Source: Limisphaerales bacterium
GTDB lineage: Bacteria > Verrucomicrobiota > Verrucomicrobiia > Limisphaerales > SIBE01
NCBI GenBank assembly: GCA_044225505.1
Contig: JBGAIN010000066.1
Coordinates: 1 to 40,245 of the forward strand
Direction: 5' to 3'
DNA: 40,245 nucleotides
Shown here: positions 27,101 to 37,201 of the stretch, piece after piece
Layout of the letters: each line of letters opens with the position of its first letter
How positions within the stretch are numbered: the first letter of the stretch is position 1
The notes under the pieces: model-generated
Databases searched by the model: none
What the model was told of the DNA's origin: nothing
What the model saw: only the letters and a program-made list of their open reading frames with translations
Position numbers and translations under genes: made by a program

Positions 27101-28762
27101 CGTTAACGCTCGGTTCCAACGATAGCTGAGCCCGTAGATTCCGTTGGTGGTCTTCACCAGAACTCGTGTCTCGATACGTCGACTCGATTCGGGAAGTCCA
27201 TTCGTCAACTGCAGATCAAAATGCTTCAACCAAACGGATCCGGCCGGGAAAGTCCAATTGCCTGCCGGGCTGAATCCGACTCGCGCGTCGTCGTTAAAAA
27301 GACCGAACCAACGCATCTTGATCGCCTGATCCGACCAAAACGGCACGTTCAAGGTGTACGGGATCATGTTCGTCACCAACTCGAACTTTGCGACATCGAG
27401 GAACAGTCCTGTATCCTTAAGCTGTTCTGGAATGATCGAAGGTGTCTCCGGTGGAACATAGACAAGTCTTTGAATCCCTCCGTTAAAGTGATTAGCCACG
27501 AGGACGTCGCCATTGCTTGGGTCTGTGCCAAATGCGGCCACGCCTCGCTCTGCACAGAGAAATCTCCAGTCGGAACTCACTCCGCTTCGCACGTTGAGCG
27601 CCCAAATGTTGCCGCTTCCATAATCGCCGAAGACATACGACCCTCTGAGCGTCGCGATCTTGGCCCCGCGATAAACCACTCCACCCACGACGGCCAAGCC
27701 CTCCCGGCTCCCGTAGCCGTGGGGATACGCGAGCAACGGAGGAATCGCTTGGATCTCAGAAGGTGCTTCGCCAGCGTTGCCTTCCAAATATGGCCAGCCG
27801 TAATTCCCTCCTTTCGTCACTAAGTTCACTTCTTCCCAGTCGCTGCCTCCAACATCTCCCGCCAGCAAATCTCCCGTGGCTGAGTCAAACGCCATCCGCC
27901 ACGGATTGCGAAAGCCGAACGCATAGAACTCGGTCCGCACGCGATTCGGATCCAACGCCACTCCGTGAAACTCCTGAACTCCGACAAATGGGTTGTCCGG
28001 AGGAATCCAATACTCACCAACTGAAGCTGGATGTGCGTTCGGCCGAAGGCTCCCCGGCCGTTGATCCACATCGATGCGAATCACGCAGGCAAAGAACCCG
28101 TTGTCAATTGGCTGAGGCAGATCGGATCGGTCTTTCGGAGGAGGCCCAGTATCTCCGAAAGAAACGTATAAGTAACCGTCCGGTCCGAAATGCACATCGC
28201 CACCGTTGTGCTCGGCGGACTGGTCCACTTGGGCGATGAGCGGCGTTTCCGAGGCTGGATCTGCAACATTCGGATCCGTCGCTGAGACTTGAAACCGCGA
28301 TAGTTGTTGGTGTAGGAGATTCGGGTAACCCACCGTGCTGCGCGTCAAACTGCGAAACACGAAGAAAAAGCCATTCGATTGGTAATTCGGATGGAAGGCC
28401 AGCCCTAGTAGTCCTGCCTCTTCATAACCCGAAAACGTCAGCGGCCGCAGATCGAGAAAGACTGTCACCGTCGGTAGCGTTGCCAAATTCGTCACCACTA
28501 AAATTCTTCCGGCACGTTCGACGACAAAGATCCGGTTGGTCTCGCCCGGTGGTGATGCGAGAGCCACCGGATGCTCAAAACGCAAGTCTTCGAAGGCAGG
28601 AATGAGGCCATAGCCACGAATTGGGGTTTCGAGCGGGAGCGGCAAGCTCGATCGTAAGCTCTTTACCGAGGTTGAAGCCGACACGGAGGGACAGCAGAGA
28701 AAGCAGGAGAGAACAAGGATGGCTGTGACGTTTTTAAGCTGGGCAAAATACATCGGATACAT
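24173..28762 (-). CDS. secreted GSDH-family (PQQ-type beta-propeller) dehydrogenase fused to a diheme cytochrome c region, Ig-like and repeated beta-sandwich domains
   Basis: It has HNGGDVHFGPDGYLYVSFGD, FGFRNPWR, NYGWP and YVFGDY motifs, two CxxCH sites (CLFCH, CSQCH), two Ig + 'D..TRG.W..VY' modules, and ends KFYRAELLAKP. The probable start is ATG 28762 or 28753, followed by a signal peptide. Confidence 0.85.
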   Translation of the reverse strand: MYPMYFAQLKNVTAILVLSCFLCCPSVSASTSVKSLRSSLPLPLETPIRGYGLIPAFEDLRFEHPVALASPPGETNRIFVVERAGRILVVTNLATLPTVTVFLDLRPLTFSGYEEAGLLGLAFHPNYQSNGFFFVFRSLTRSTVGYPNLLHQQLSRFQVSATDPNVADPASETPLIAQVDQSAEHNGGDVHFGPDGYLYVSFGDTGPPPKDRSDLPQPIDNGFFACVIRIDVDQRPGSLRPNAHPASVGEYWIPPDNPFVGVQEFHGVALDPNRVRTEFYAFGFRNPWRMAFDSATGDLLAGDVGGSDWEEVNLVTKGGNYGWPYLEGNAGEAPSEIQAIPPLLAYPHGYGSREGLAVVGGVVYRGAKIATLRGSYVFGDYGSGNIWALNVRSGVSSDWRFLCAERGVAAFGTDPSNGDVLVANHFNGGIQRLVYVPPETPSIIPEQLKDTGLFLDVAKFELVTNMIPYTLNVPFWSDQAIKMRWFGLFNDDARVGFSPAGNWTFPAGSVWLKHFDLQLTNGLPESSRRIETRVLVKTTNGIYGLSYRWNRALTNAFLVPDEGLDESLAIRDGDTIRTQVWHYPGRAQCLFCHTKEAGFALGFNTAQLNRSLVSSDSLNQLTTLKQAGCFEGNPNLEPEGLPRLAGPSDVHEPLAYRARSYLASNCSQCHQPGAPGEASWDARITTPLSEARLIDAPVIFNLDDTWGLPVRRLAPNSVTNSMVWHWMNRRGKFQMPPIASSLVDSNGLRLLSDWINSFPTAPWQEAMAGPAGVQGYSETEVGALRLSVAGNGTVESTNAVYRMFVPLERNGHLIAHLNDFQAASTDAQAGLLCRLGQAAEAPFLGVYQSGDGMAYVKRRMSPYAAAETVSLGRLAGNPWLRIARQDSGLVAYTSTDRSTWSVVGTLPFAGDVVVEVGPSMVPGARPRFSQALFSDIEWVSFSLQIPASRQTFISPGEVQLVGTVVSSSSGPVKVEFLAGFERLAERLAPPYEFRWTNPGAGTYALRVRVTDSDGATILSNPVEIRVALAPGIAKFQQLDMRTRGNWRGVYGSEGYALAGIGQDLSSNIQLLISQNADVETNNLAPGESALQMPDGEARSASAWAGASQLALEIRLNDAQIHQIALYFSGGDDRGYAQSIEVHDVLTGTLLDRRSVEDFSRGRYLVWSVRGHVRIEIASPEGYAAVLSGIFVGPAFNQPPTAQLRPLGFERRQLPTEMVLVADASDADGSIRRVEFLDGQTVLGVRTEAPYQFLWTNPVSGTHELVARAFDDLDASTDSFPIHVQLDPAISAAEFVGMDRGTRGDWRQVYQHYMMAGVATNLPPHVNVQFEKGEMFLWAQGFDAAGALQSVSGGLRTAATWYGDEIRLRIDFLDGATHQLALYFLDWDSGGRIQDITLMDPATEKELDRQTITEFGGGAYFLWKVTGSVTIKVEPQLVNAVLSGLFFDPSPSTPLVLYWLGRNNTEDGGPGIALRGPPGRTVQLTASTDLITWKVAAIQTFPESGLLTLREELDPQELPKFYRAELLAKP

Positions 28763-28912
28763 CGGATACCAGTCGCATACATCGAGACTTCCGAGCACCC
28801 TTCCCTTTCCCCTGTGGCCCAGCGATTCACGAGTCAATCCCGTGGATCCACTCTATGCACAATGGCGACAATCAGACACAACAGCTGCTCATTACCGTAG
28901 AGAGCCAACTAC

Positions 28913-28929
28913 AGCCATTCGCATGCCAA
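28913..28929 (-). promoter_or_regulatory. possible sigma54 promoter for the GSDH/cytochrome gene
   Basis: Minus strand TTGGCATGCGAATGGCT has GG-N10-GC spacing, about 150 bp upstream of the start. The -12 element is imperfect. Confidence 0.35.
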
Positions 28930-29094
28930 CCGGAAACCAGCGAATTGAACTGCCGAAGTTCAAGACTGTGCCCAACCGCCGAAGGTTACATCGATTTTTC
29001 CAGCCAGACTCGAGAGGCGCGCCGCGGAACCGGGTCGGCGCGGAGCGTCTTGTCATCGCCTATGAATCGCAGTGGCTGCCCCACTGAGCTCGCG

Positions 29095-29913
29095 CTATTT
29101 TGGCCTCGTGGCCGGTGGCACATACCCGTTGTGCCAGTACAAATCCCACAATTTATCAAGCTTTAACGTTTCCACATGGCCATCCATACACGCCATATTC
29201 ACGGCACCCGGCAGCGGTGCGCCCGGGTCGACTTTACGGGGAGCTGCTTTTGCACCACGCCCGGCATGGCGGGCGATGCAATACCGGCCAATCCCACCCG
29301 CCACACCGTCGCCTTCGTAAAGATTGCGCGCAGGTTTGTCGGTAGCTTCGGGCCAAGCATCGACCCACATGGCGTCTCCGGCAAACGGAGTCATACTCGG
29401 GTATTGGACAGCGGCCTCTTTCGAGTAGACTTTTTTCGGGTCTTCTCCGATCGCCGTGGCCAGATCGGAGTACAGCCAGCCGTTAGAGGAGTATGAGCCT
29501 TGGTACCCGCTCACTCCGTTCGTCCGCCAGATCCAGGTTTCATCGGCGGTTCCGTAGTCCGGATTGGCGGGATTGCGGCTAATGCGTTTGCGAGGCTCTG
29601 GAGCTGTCGGACAATAGCGTACAAAGTGCGAGTTTCCCTGGTAGTCCATGAGTTTGGTCAACCAGAGATGGGAATTGCCCGTGGTGTCGTAGGGCATAGA
29701 ACGATTGTAGTCGTTCATGTACATGGTATGCGCCAACGCCATTTGCTTGAGATTGCTGGTGCACTTAATCTGCTGGGCCTTAATCTTGGCTCGCCCTAAT
29801 GCGGGTAGCAGCATTCCTGCGAGAATCGCAATGATGGCGATCACCACCAGCAATTCGATCAGCGTAAATCCTCCGCCTTGTCGGACCGCTCTAAACGTCA
29901 AGAACCGGTTCAT
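29095..29913 (-). CDS. prepilin-type N-terminal cleavage/methylation protein with C-terminal H-X9-DG-like motif (PVC pilin-like family)
   Basis: [32 protein letters not shown] and RH...[13 protein letters not shown] motifs. Confidence 0.9.
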   Translation of the reverse strand: MNRFLTFRAVRQGGGFTLIELLVVIAIIAILAGMLLPALGRAKIKAQQIKCTSNLKQMALAHTMYMNDYNRSMPYDTTGNSHLWLTKLMDYQGNSHFVRYCPTAPEPRKRISRNPANPDYGTADETWIWRTNGVSGYQGSYSSNGWLYSDLATAIGEDPKKVYSKEAAVQYPSMTPFAGDAMWVDAWPEATDKPARNLYEGDGVAGGIGRYCIARHAGRGAKAAPRKVDPGAPLPGAVNMACMDGHVETLKLDKLWDLYWHNGYVPPATRPK

Positions 29914-29944
29914 CCCCCAGTTCTAGCACGTCTTCATCCGCTGA

Positions 29945-30964
29945 CTAGCTGAATTCTGACAGCTTCACGGGTCTTCTCTCCGAAAGTGATCGCTTGGCCG
30001 CCAAGCCAATCACCGCCGGAGCGCGCCCATCCAGCCCCGTCACAGGCGGAGTCCGGTTGTGCACGACCGCGTCAACGAAATCCTGCATCTCAATCACGTA
30101 AGACTCCTGGTAACGGTCGAGGAAAAAATGCTGCGGTTTTGCCGTCCCGACCCCATCGCTCGTTAGCAGAATATGCTGGTCGGTGGGACGATTCGACACC
30201 GTGACCATGCCGCCACTGCCGAAGACTTCGACGCGTTGGTCGTAACCGTAAGCAGCCTTCCGACTATTATCGATGGTCGCGAGCATTCCGTTCTTTAATC
30301 GCATGGTGATGATACAGCTATCCACATCCCCAGCCGCGCCAATCTCCGGATCGACCAGGGCATCTCCAATCACGTAGACATCCTCGACTTCGCTCCCGGT
30401 GAGGAAACGCGCCATGTCAAAGTCATGAATGGTCATATCCAGAAAAATTCCACCAGACACTTTGATATAGGAAATAGGCGGAGGGGCTGGATCCCGGCTG
30501 GTGATACGCAAAACATGCGGGCGCCCAATCTTCCCGGCAGCGACAAGTTCCCGAACCTTGGCAAAGCTCGGGTCGAAGCGCCGATTAAAACCGACCTGAA
30601 ACTTAACGCCGGATTTGGCAACGGCAGCCAAGGCTTGATCAATCCGACGCAAGTCGAGATCGATCGGTTTCTCACAAAAGATCTGCTTCCCCGCGGCTGC
30701 GGCCGCTTCAATGATCTCGGCATGCGTATTAGTCGCGGAACAAATCGCGACAGCGTGCACGGAAGCATCCGCGAGAAGGGCGCGGTAATCCGCGACAGCG
30801 ACCGGACAATGAAGCTGTTCGGCCAATTGCTGGGCCGACGAGAGATTCACGTCGGCCACGCCGGACAGTTGGGCGCCACGCACGCGACTGGCCAGGTTTT
30901 CCGCGTGGATCCGACCGATTCGTCCGGCGCCAATCACCCCAAATTTGAGCGTTGTCAGTGACAT
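29945..30964 (-). CDS. iolG: myo-inositol 2-dehydrogenase
   Basis: GVIGAGRIG, CEKPID, GFNRRFD, ITSRDP, GGIFLDMTIHDFD and YGYDQRVEVFG motifs. The probable start is ATG 30964. Confidence 0.93.
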   Translation of the reverse strand: MSLTTLKFGVIGAGRIGRIHAENLASRVRGAQLSGVADVNLSSAQQLAEQLHCPVAVADYRALLADASVHAVAICSATNTHAEIIEAAAAAGKQIFCEKPIDLDLRRIDQALAAVAKSGVKFQVGFNRRFDPSFAKVRELVAAGKIGRPHVLRITSRDPAPPPISYIKVSGGIFLDMTIHDFDMARFLTGSEVEDVYVIGDALVDPEIGAAGDVDSCIITMRLKNGMLATIDNSRKAAYGYDQRVEVFGSGGMVTVSNRPTDQHILLTSDGVGTAKPQHFFLDRYQESYVIEMQDFVDAVVHNRTPPVTGLDGRAPAVIGLAAKRSLSERRPVKLSEFS

Positions 30965-30977
30965 AGAACTTTCGATG

Positions 30978-31886
30978 TTATAATCCGCAGGTCCGGAGAT
31001 ACTCGCGATTCCGACGCGCAAATTCCTTGGGTTCCCCCATGCCAGGCAAAACATCCTGTTCCACCACGATCCAACCTTGGTAGTGCATCGAGCGCAGTTC
31101 GTTCGCCACCGCCGGAAAGTTCACATCGCCTTTTCCCAACTCGCAGAAAATCCCGTGTTTGAGCGCGTCGAAGTACGACCAACTGTTAGCTTGGGCTTGG
31201 GTCCGTTTGGCCGGGCTGCAATCCTTGAAATGAACATACCAAATGCGATCCCGAAACTGCCGCAACGCCCGCACCGGATCTGTGCCGCCGCCAAACTTGT
31301 AATGGCCCGTGTCGAAGCAAAGACCGACCAGTTTAGGGTCGGTCGCTCCTAGCAGTGCTTCGATTTCCCAAGGAGTCTCGACATAGCCTGCGCAGTGGTG
31401 ATGAAAAACAGTTCGCAACCCCGTCTCGCGGAGAACCGCCTCGGCGACGCGGTTGACGCCGCGGCCGTAGAAGTTCCACTGTTCGGCCGTCAAGCTATGC
31501 TCCGGCTGAATCCGCCCTGCCAGGTTCGTCCGGTTCGGATTCTTGCCATTGTCGTCAGCGAGCACGAGAAAGGGCGTTTTCCCAACGGCGTCGGCCATTA
31601 ATTTAGCCGTTACGGCCCGCGCTTCCCCGTCTGGAACAGCGCCAGGCTGAGCGAAATCGACCGGGACAAATGCACCGAGCAGTTCCAGGTTGCGCTTCTT
31701 GATTTCATCGCGAAGTTTTGCAGGATCCGTCGGCATAAAGCCCCAGTCTCCCAGTTCGGTTCCGGCGTAGCCGGTTCCCTGGATTTCGTCGAGGACTTGA
31801 GAGTAGCCCAAGGCTTTTCCGGGCAGGTCGAATTCGAGCACTCCCCAGGAGCAGGGAGCATTGGCGATGCGAATGGATGCGGTCAT
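30978..31886 (-). CDS. iolE: myo-inosose-2 dehydratase (TIM barrel)
   Basis: ANAPCSWG, FHHHCAGYVET, CFDTGH, VHFKD and GWIVVEQD motifs, in iol context. Confidence 0.85.
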   Translation of the reverse strand: MTASIRIANAPCSWGVLEFDLPGKALGYSQVLDEIQGTGYAGTELGDWGFMPTDPAKLRDEIKKRNLELLGAFVPVDFAQPGAVPDGEARAVTAKLMADAVGKTPFLVLADDNGKNPNRTNLAGRIQPEHSLTAEQWNFYGRGVNRVAEAVLRETGLRTVFHHHCAGYVETPWEIEALLGATDPKLVGLCFDTGHYKFGGGTDPVRALRQFRDRIWYVHFKDCSPAKRTQAQANSWSYFDALKHGIFCELGKGDVNFPAVANELRSMHYQGWIVVEQDVLPGMGEPKEFARRNREYLRTCGL

Positions 31887-31932
31887 GTCTATCCTGATGT
31901 CAGATTTGGGATGTTAACGCGAAGGAATAAAA

Positions 31933-33405
31933 CTAAAAACGGCGCGCCCATTCTTTGGGCCACCGTTCCACAACGATCTTGGTTTGAGTAAAAAACTCGA
32001 TCGCATGGCGGCCCTGCCCATGCAGGTCTCCGAAGAAACTCGCACGTGCCCCGCTGAATGGGAAGAAGGCCATGGGCGCCGCCACGCCAATGTTAATGCC
32101 AACATTTCCGACTTCCGCCTCGTAGCGGAACTTGCGGGCATTAGCACCACTGCTGGTAAACAAACAGGCCATATTGCCGTAGGCCCCGGAATTCACGAAG
32201 GCGATCGCCTCCTCCACCGTCGCCATATGAAGCAACCCAAGCACCGGGCCGAAGATCTCCGTCCGCACCACCTCTCCTTGCGGACTCATGCCATCCAAGA
32301 TCGTCGGCCGAATGAAATTACCGCGTTCAAAGCCCGCGACGGTTGCTTTTCGACCATCGACCAGTGGTTGAGCGCCTTCCTGCACTGCTTGACCGATCAA
32401 TCCTTCCACGCGCGCTTTGCTTTGCGGGCTAATGACCGGGCCCATCTGCACTTTTTCATCCAAGCCGTATCCGACCGTGCGACTGCGAGCCGCTTCCACC
32501 AGCGCCTCGGTGAAGGGTTTGCGAGCATCTCCCACCGTGACCACGAGTGAGGCGGCCAAACACCGTTGGCCCGCGCAGCCGAAACTGCTATCCGCAATGA
32601 TTCGAATGGTCGTTTCCGGATCGGCATCCGGAAGAATGATAATCGGATTTTTCGCTCCGCCTTGGCACTGGGCACGTTTGCCGTGCAACGCGGACTGCGC
32701 GTAGACATGCTTGGCCACGGCGGTCGAGCCCACCAAGCTGATCGCCTTGACTTCGGGATGCTGAACGAGCGCCTCGACCGCAGCTCGTCCGCCATTGACC
32801 ACATTTAACACTCCCTTTGGCAACCCAGTTTGCGCCACTAATTCCGCCACGCGCTGCATCGTCAGCGGCACTCGCTCCGATGGTTTAATGATGTAAGTAT
32901 TGCCGCACGCCAAAGCATACGGCATGAACCAGAATGGGATCATCCCAGGGAAGTTGAACGGGCAGATGCACGCGCAAACCCCGAGCGGCTGCCGGATCAT
33001 GATCTCGTCAATGCCACTTGCAATGTCCTCGGAGAAGTCGCCCTGTAACAAACTGGGCGCGCCGCACGCCACCTCGACGTTCTCAATCGCCCGCTGCATT
33101 TCACCGCGCGCTTCACTGATCGTTTTCCCGCATTCCAGCGTGATCGTGCGGGAGAGTTCTTCAAAGTTCTGTTGCAACAATGCCTTGAGCTTGAAGAGAA
33201 ACTGCACCCGGTCCGTCACGGGCGTCCGACGCCACTCTGGAAAAGCGCGCGCCGCCGCTTGGATCGCCTCCTCGACCTCCGCCGCGGAGGAGAGTGGCAC
33301 CCGGGCAATCGTCTCCGCCGTCGCCGGATTCTGGACTTCCTGCCACTCCGTCGCCGTGGAGTCGCGCCACTCCCCGTTGGTGAAGTTGCGAATGGTTGTG
33401 GTCAC
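31933..33405 (-). CDS. iolA: CoA-acylating (methyl)malonate-semialdehyde dehydrogenase
   Basis: [31 protein letters not shown] and EIFGPVL motifs. The probable start GTG 33405 overlaps the iolD stop. Confidence 0.92.
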   Translation of the reverse strand: MTTTIRNFTNGEWRDSTATEWQEVQNPATAETIARVPLSSAAEVEEAIQAAARAFPEWRRTPVTDRVQFLFKLKALLQQNFEELSRTITLECGKTISEARGEMQRAIENVEVACGAPSLLQGDFSEDIASGIDEIMIRQPLGVCACICPFNFPGMIPFWFMPYALACGNTYIIKPSERVPLTMQRVAELVAQTGLPKGVLNVVNGGRAAVEALVQHPEVKAISLVGSTAVAKHVYAQSALHGKRAQCQGGAKNPIIILPDADPETTIRIIADSSFGCAGQRCLAASLVVTVGDARKPFTEALVEAARSRTVGYGLDEKVQMGPVISPQSKARVEGLIGQAVQEGAQPLVDGRKATVAGFERGNFIRPTILDGMSPQGEVVRTEIFGPVLGLLHMATVEEAIAFVNSGAYGNMACLFTSSGANARKFRYEAEVGNVGINIGVAAPMAFFPFSGARASFFGDLHGQGRHAIEFFTQTKIVVERWPKEWARRF

Positions 33406-35264
33406 AGAAAGTATCTTTCGTTCTGCACAGCTTTTTCGAATTCTTTCCGGGCCGCTTTCACCGAAGCGATTTCGGACACCTCGGCAATCGGGACATCCCA
33501 CCACGACTCGTATCCGGGCGCACGCTTGTTGGCATCGGTCTCAAGGGCGATCACCGTGGTTTGGGTCTGTTGGCTGGCCTTGGCGAGCGCGTCCTTCAAT
33601 TCCGCGGCATCGCGCGCCACAATGACATGAGCCCCCAAACTGCGGGCATTTGCCGCGTAGTCCACCGGCACGGCCGCGCCGCTCAATTGCCCGCTCTTAG
33701 TTTCGCGGAACCGGTAGTTCGTTCCGAAGCCACCGCCGCCAATGGCACGCGAGAGGCCGCCAATGCTTTGGAAGCCGTGGTTATCCAAAAGCAGAATTGT
33801 CAGCTTGTAGCCTTCCTGCACACTCGTCACCAGCTCGCTCGACATCATCAGCCAGGAACCATCGCCGACAATCACGTAAACCTCGCGATCGGGCGCTGCC
33901 ATTTTGACGCCCAGCCCGCCCGCGACCTCGTAGCCCATGCACGAATAGCCGTATTCCAAATGATATCCTTTCGGATCACGGGTCCGCCAGAGGCGATGCA
34001 AGTCTCCTGGCGCACTCCCTGCCGCACACAAGATCACGTCCTGAGGCCGTGCAAAGTCGTTCACGGCGCCGATGACTTCCGCCTGGCTGATCGGCAATCC
34101 GGTGCTGGTGTGGTAGAGGCGGTCGACTTCCTTGTCCCAATCGCGATTAAACTTTTCACCGCGTTTGCGGTAGGCGGCGCTCACTTGCCAGCCTTTCAAC
34201 CCTTTCGCCAGGACTTCGAGCGTGGCCCGCGCGTCTCCCACCAAGGGCAGCGCGGAATGTTTAAAGGAATCGAACTCCGCCACGTTGATATTGATGAACT
34301 TTACCTTCGGGTTTTGAAACGCGGTCTTCGATGCGCTCGTAAAGTCGCTATAGCGCGTTCCAATGCCGATGACCAGATCCGCTTCCCGCGCGATGATGTT
34401 GGCGGCGAAGGTTCCCGTCACCCCGACCGCGCCCATGTTTTGGGGATGATCGTACCGCAGCGATCCTTTCCCAGCCTGCGTTTCGCCCACAGGAATGCCC
34501 GTTTGGGCCGCAAACTTTGCCAGGGCGTCGTGGGCTTCGCTATAGAGCACCCCACCGCCCGCGATGATCATCGGCTTTTTGCTCGCCCGAATGAGATTGA
34601 TCGCCCGGCTGACCAACTCGCTATCCGGCGTCGGGCGTCCGATGTACCACACTCGGTCATCAAACAATTCCACCGGGTAATCAAACGCCTCGGTCTGGAC
34701 GTCTTGCGGCAACGCCAGCGTGACCGCGCCGGTGTCCGCGGGCGAGGTTAGAACGCGCATCACTTCGGGAAGCGCCGTGATGATTTGGTCGGGACGATTG
34801 ATCCGGTCCCAATAACGCGAAACGGGTTTAAAGGCGTCGTTGACCGAGATGTCCTGGGAATAGGGTTGCTCCAACTGCTGGAGGACAGGCGCCACATTGC
34901 GCCGGGCAAAGATGTCGCCCGGCATGATCAGGACGGGGATACGATTGATTGTGGCGGTCGCCGCACCCGTGACCATGTTCGTCGCGCCAGGTCCGATCGA
35001 GCTGATGCATGCGGCCGTGCGAAGGCGATTACTCATCTTGGCAAACGCCGTCGCGATATGGACGGACGCCTGCTCGTTCTTGGTCATGTAGTATGGAAAC
35101 TGCGGGTACTGCTGCAGCGCCTGACCCAGGCCTGCAATACAGCCATGGCCGAAAATGCCAAAGCAACCGGCAAAGAAGCGCTGACGTTTCCCGTCACGTT
35201 CGACCTGCTGATGGAGCAGGAACTGAATGACGGCCTGAGACATTGTGAGTCGTTTCGTTTTCAT
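33402..35264 (-). CDS. iolD: 3D-(3,5/4)-trihydroxycyclohexane-1,2-dione acylhydrolase (ThDP-dependent)
   Basis: [42 protein letters not shown] and SWWDVP motifs. Confidence 0.96.
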   Translation of the reverse strand: MKTKRLTMSQAVIQFLLHQQVERDGKRQRFFAGCFGIFGHGCIAGLGQALQQYPQFPYYMTKNEQASVHIATAFAKMSNRLRTAACISSIGPGATNMVTGAATATINRIPVLIMPGDIFARRNVAPVLQQLEQPYSQDISVNDAFKPVSRYWDRINRPDQIITALPEVMRVLTSPADTGAVTLALPQDVQTEAFDYPVELFDDRVWYIGRPTPDSELVSRAINLIRASKKPMIIAGGGVLYSEAHDALAKFAAQTGIPVGETQAGKGSLRYDHPQNMGAVGVTGTFAANIIAREADLVIGIGTRYSDFTSASKTAFQNPKVKFININVAEFDSFKHSALPLVGDARATLEVLAKGLKGWQVSAAYRKRGEKFNRDWDKEVDRLYHTSTGLPISQAEVIGAVNDFARPQDVILCAAGSAPGDLHRLWRTRDPKGYHLEYGYSCMGYEVAGGLGVKMAAPDREVYVIVGDGSWLMMSSELVTSVQEGYKLTILLLDNHGFQSIGGLSRAIGGGGFGTNYRFRETKSGQLSGAAVPVDYAANARSLGAHVIVARDAAELKDALAKASQQTQTTVIALETDANKRAPGYESWWDVPIAEVSEIASVKAARKEFEKAVQNERYFL

Positions 35265-35276
35265 CGTGGTCAGTTC

Positions 35277-36293
35277 TCAGAATCCTCCTCGTTCTTCGAC
35301 AAACTTCAAAGCTTCATCTTCGTAGGCCATGAAATTGGCGCAACCGTGGCGCGTCACCACAATGGCACCGCCGGCGTTCCCCATGCGCCCGGCTTTGTAG
35401 TAATCCCAACCTTTCACCAGTCCATAAATAAACCCGGCGGCAAAGGCGTCCCCTGCCCCTAGCACATTGTAGACTTCCACGGGAAATCCTGGAATATCTA
35501 CCGGCGCCCGGCTCGCTTCGAACAGCGTTGCTCCTTTTTCGCCTCGCTTCACCACAATCACTTTCGGCCCGCGCCGCTGCATGGCTTGCACTGCCCCGGC
35601 TAAGTCCCCTTCGACGCGCGCGCCGGAAATCTGAGAGTGAGTGACATTGACGCTCGCGGGGTCGGTCAACGTCACCGCTTTGCACTCGTCCTCCGTTCCC
35701 AGGACGATGTCCACCAACGGCAACGCCGCCCGCACCGTCACCCCAAACGCGCGCGGATCGTGCCATTGGTTCGGCCGAAAATCGACGTCGAGCACCACCG
35801 TCGCCCCGGCGGCTTTCGCCTGTTCCGCCGCGAACAGATTAGCGCTGCGGCTCGGTTCTTTGCTGAGGCCCGTCCCGGAGAATTCAAACACCCGGCAATC
35901 CGCGATCGGCGTTTTCAGCACGTCATCAATCGAAAGCTGATTGTCCGCGCAATTGTCCCGGTAATACACCAGCGGGAACTTGTCGGGAGGTTCGATCCCA
36001 AGCACGACCGCACTGGTGCGGGTTCCCGGTTTTTGCGGGATATAAGCCGTTTCCACTCCTTCCGTGCGGAGAAACTTCAAAATGAATTCCGCGACTGGAT
36101 CATCGCCGACCGCGGTGACCACCGCCGCTTTCAGTCCTAAACGTCGCGCTCCCACCGCGATGTTGGTGGGGGACCCGCCCACGTAGGCAGCGAAGGATTT
36201 AATGTCGACAAACGGAGCGCCAATATCATTGGCGTAGAGGTCGATCGAGGATCGCCCCATCGTGATCAAATCAAACGTGGCATTGGTTCGCAT
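35277..36293 (-). CDS. iolC: 5-dehydro-2-deoxygluconokinase (PfkB family)
   Basis: MGRSSIDLY, YVGGSPTNIAVG, DVDFRP and NVLGAGDAF motifs. The probable start is ATG 36293. Confidence 0.94.
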   Translation of the reverse strand: MRTNATFDLITMGRSSIDLYANDIGAPFVDIKSFAAYVGGSPTNIAVGARRLGLKAAVVTAVGDDPVAEFILKFLRTEGVETAYIPQKPGTRTSAVVLGIEPPDKFPLVYYRDNCADNQLSIDDVLKTPIADCRVFEFSGTGLSKEPSRSANLFAAEQAKAAGATVVLDVDFRPNQWHDPRAFGVTVRAALPLVDIVLGTEDECKAVTLTDPASVNVTHSQISGARVEGDLAGAVQAMQRRGPKVIVVKRGEKGATLFEASRAPVDIPGFPVEVYNVLGAGDAFAAGFIYGLVKGWDYYKAGRMGNAGGAIVVTRHGCANFMAYEDEALKFVEERGGF

Positions 36294-36310
36294 AAATCGT
36301 GCCTCGGCTG

Positions 36311-37192
36311 TCAACGGCCCCCGCCCCGCTCCATCGCCATCGTGACCAGCGGCACTCGAGGGTCTTTCGTGCTCCAGGTCCCTTTGATCCAGGCGTGCGC
36401 GGGATCATCCACGTTCGCCAAGGACTGGGCGCTGCCAGCCAGGAAATTGAGGTAATACGCGTTATAGCCCGGGGCCGCTCCCACCGGATGGTACCCTTCC
36501 GGAACGAGCACCGCGTCATTATTACGAGCAACAATCACCTCGTTGAGTCGTTCATCGGCCGTGTAAACGCGTTGCACGGCGTAGCCCTCCGGCCGTTCCA
36601 TCTTGTAGAAGTAGATCTCTTCCAGGTCCGCTTCCAGGATCGCTCCAGAAGCGTCCACGCGGTGCACGTCGTGTTTATGCGGCGGATAGGAACTCCAACT
36701 TCCCGCGGGCGTATACACCTCCACCGCGACTAACCGATGACAATCAAACCCCGGCGGGATCAGCGAATTGATCTGGCGCGTCGCGTTCCCGCCGCCGCGA
36801 ATCTCCACTTGCACCCCTTCAGGCGTCACCAAGCGGGGCGGATGATCTCCCGCACCGCGACACCACCCGCATGCCACATCAAGCTCTGCGCTCAGCGCGG
36901 TCAGTTTGAATTCCGTTTGCGGAGGCAAATATAAGGCGTAGGGCATGCCCTGAAACACGTTCGCCCGGCGACCGATCGCTTCCCAACGCCCGCGTGACGT
37001 CTCCACGGTGCACTGTCCGCCTAGAATGACGAACCCATACTCAGCGTCCCCCGTGTTGCCGGTCCACGATTCCCCCTGCCCGAGGAGTCTCGCGGCAAAG
37101 GAAAGATGATCCCACCCTGCCCGCTCCGGCGTGATCCGAAGGTATTCCCCTGCTTTCGCGGTCGGCCGAATGAGTAAATGCGAGGTCGCCAT
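36311..37192 (-). CDS. iolB: 5-deoxy-glucuronate isomerase
   Basis: EVYTPAGSWSSYPPHKHD, LEEIYFY, VPEGYHP and YYLNFLAG motifs. Confidence 0.95.
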   Translation of the reverse strand: MATSHLLIRPTAKAGEYLRITPERAGWDHLSFAARLLGQGESWTGNTGDAEYGFVILGGQCTVETSRGRWEAIGRRANVFQGMPYALYLPPQTEFKLTALSAELDVACGWCRGAGDHPPRLVTPEGVQVEIRGGGNATRQINSLIPPGFDCHRLVAVEVYTPAGSWSSYPPHKHDVHRVDASGAILEADLEEIYFYKMERPEGYAVQRVYTADERLNEVIVARNNDAVLVPEGYHPVGAAPGYNAYYLNFLAGSAQSLANVDDPAHAWIKGTWSTKDPRVPLVTMAMERGGGR

Positions 37193-37201
37193 GAATCCTT
37201 T

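Noticed and set aside
33396..34751. 451-aa plus-strand ORF and other long antisense ORFs (e.g. 2435..3415, 8510..9457)
   Set aside because: These are shadow frames of well-supported genes in GC-rich DNA and carry no motifs.
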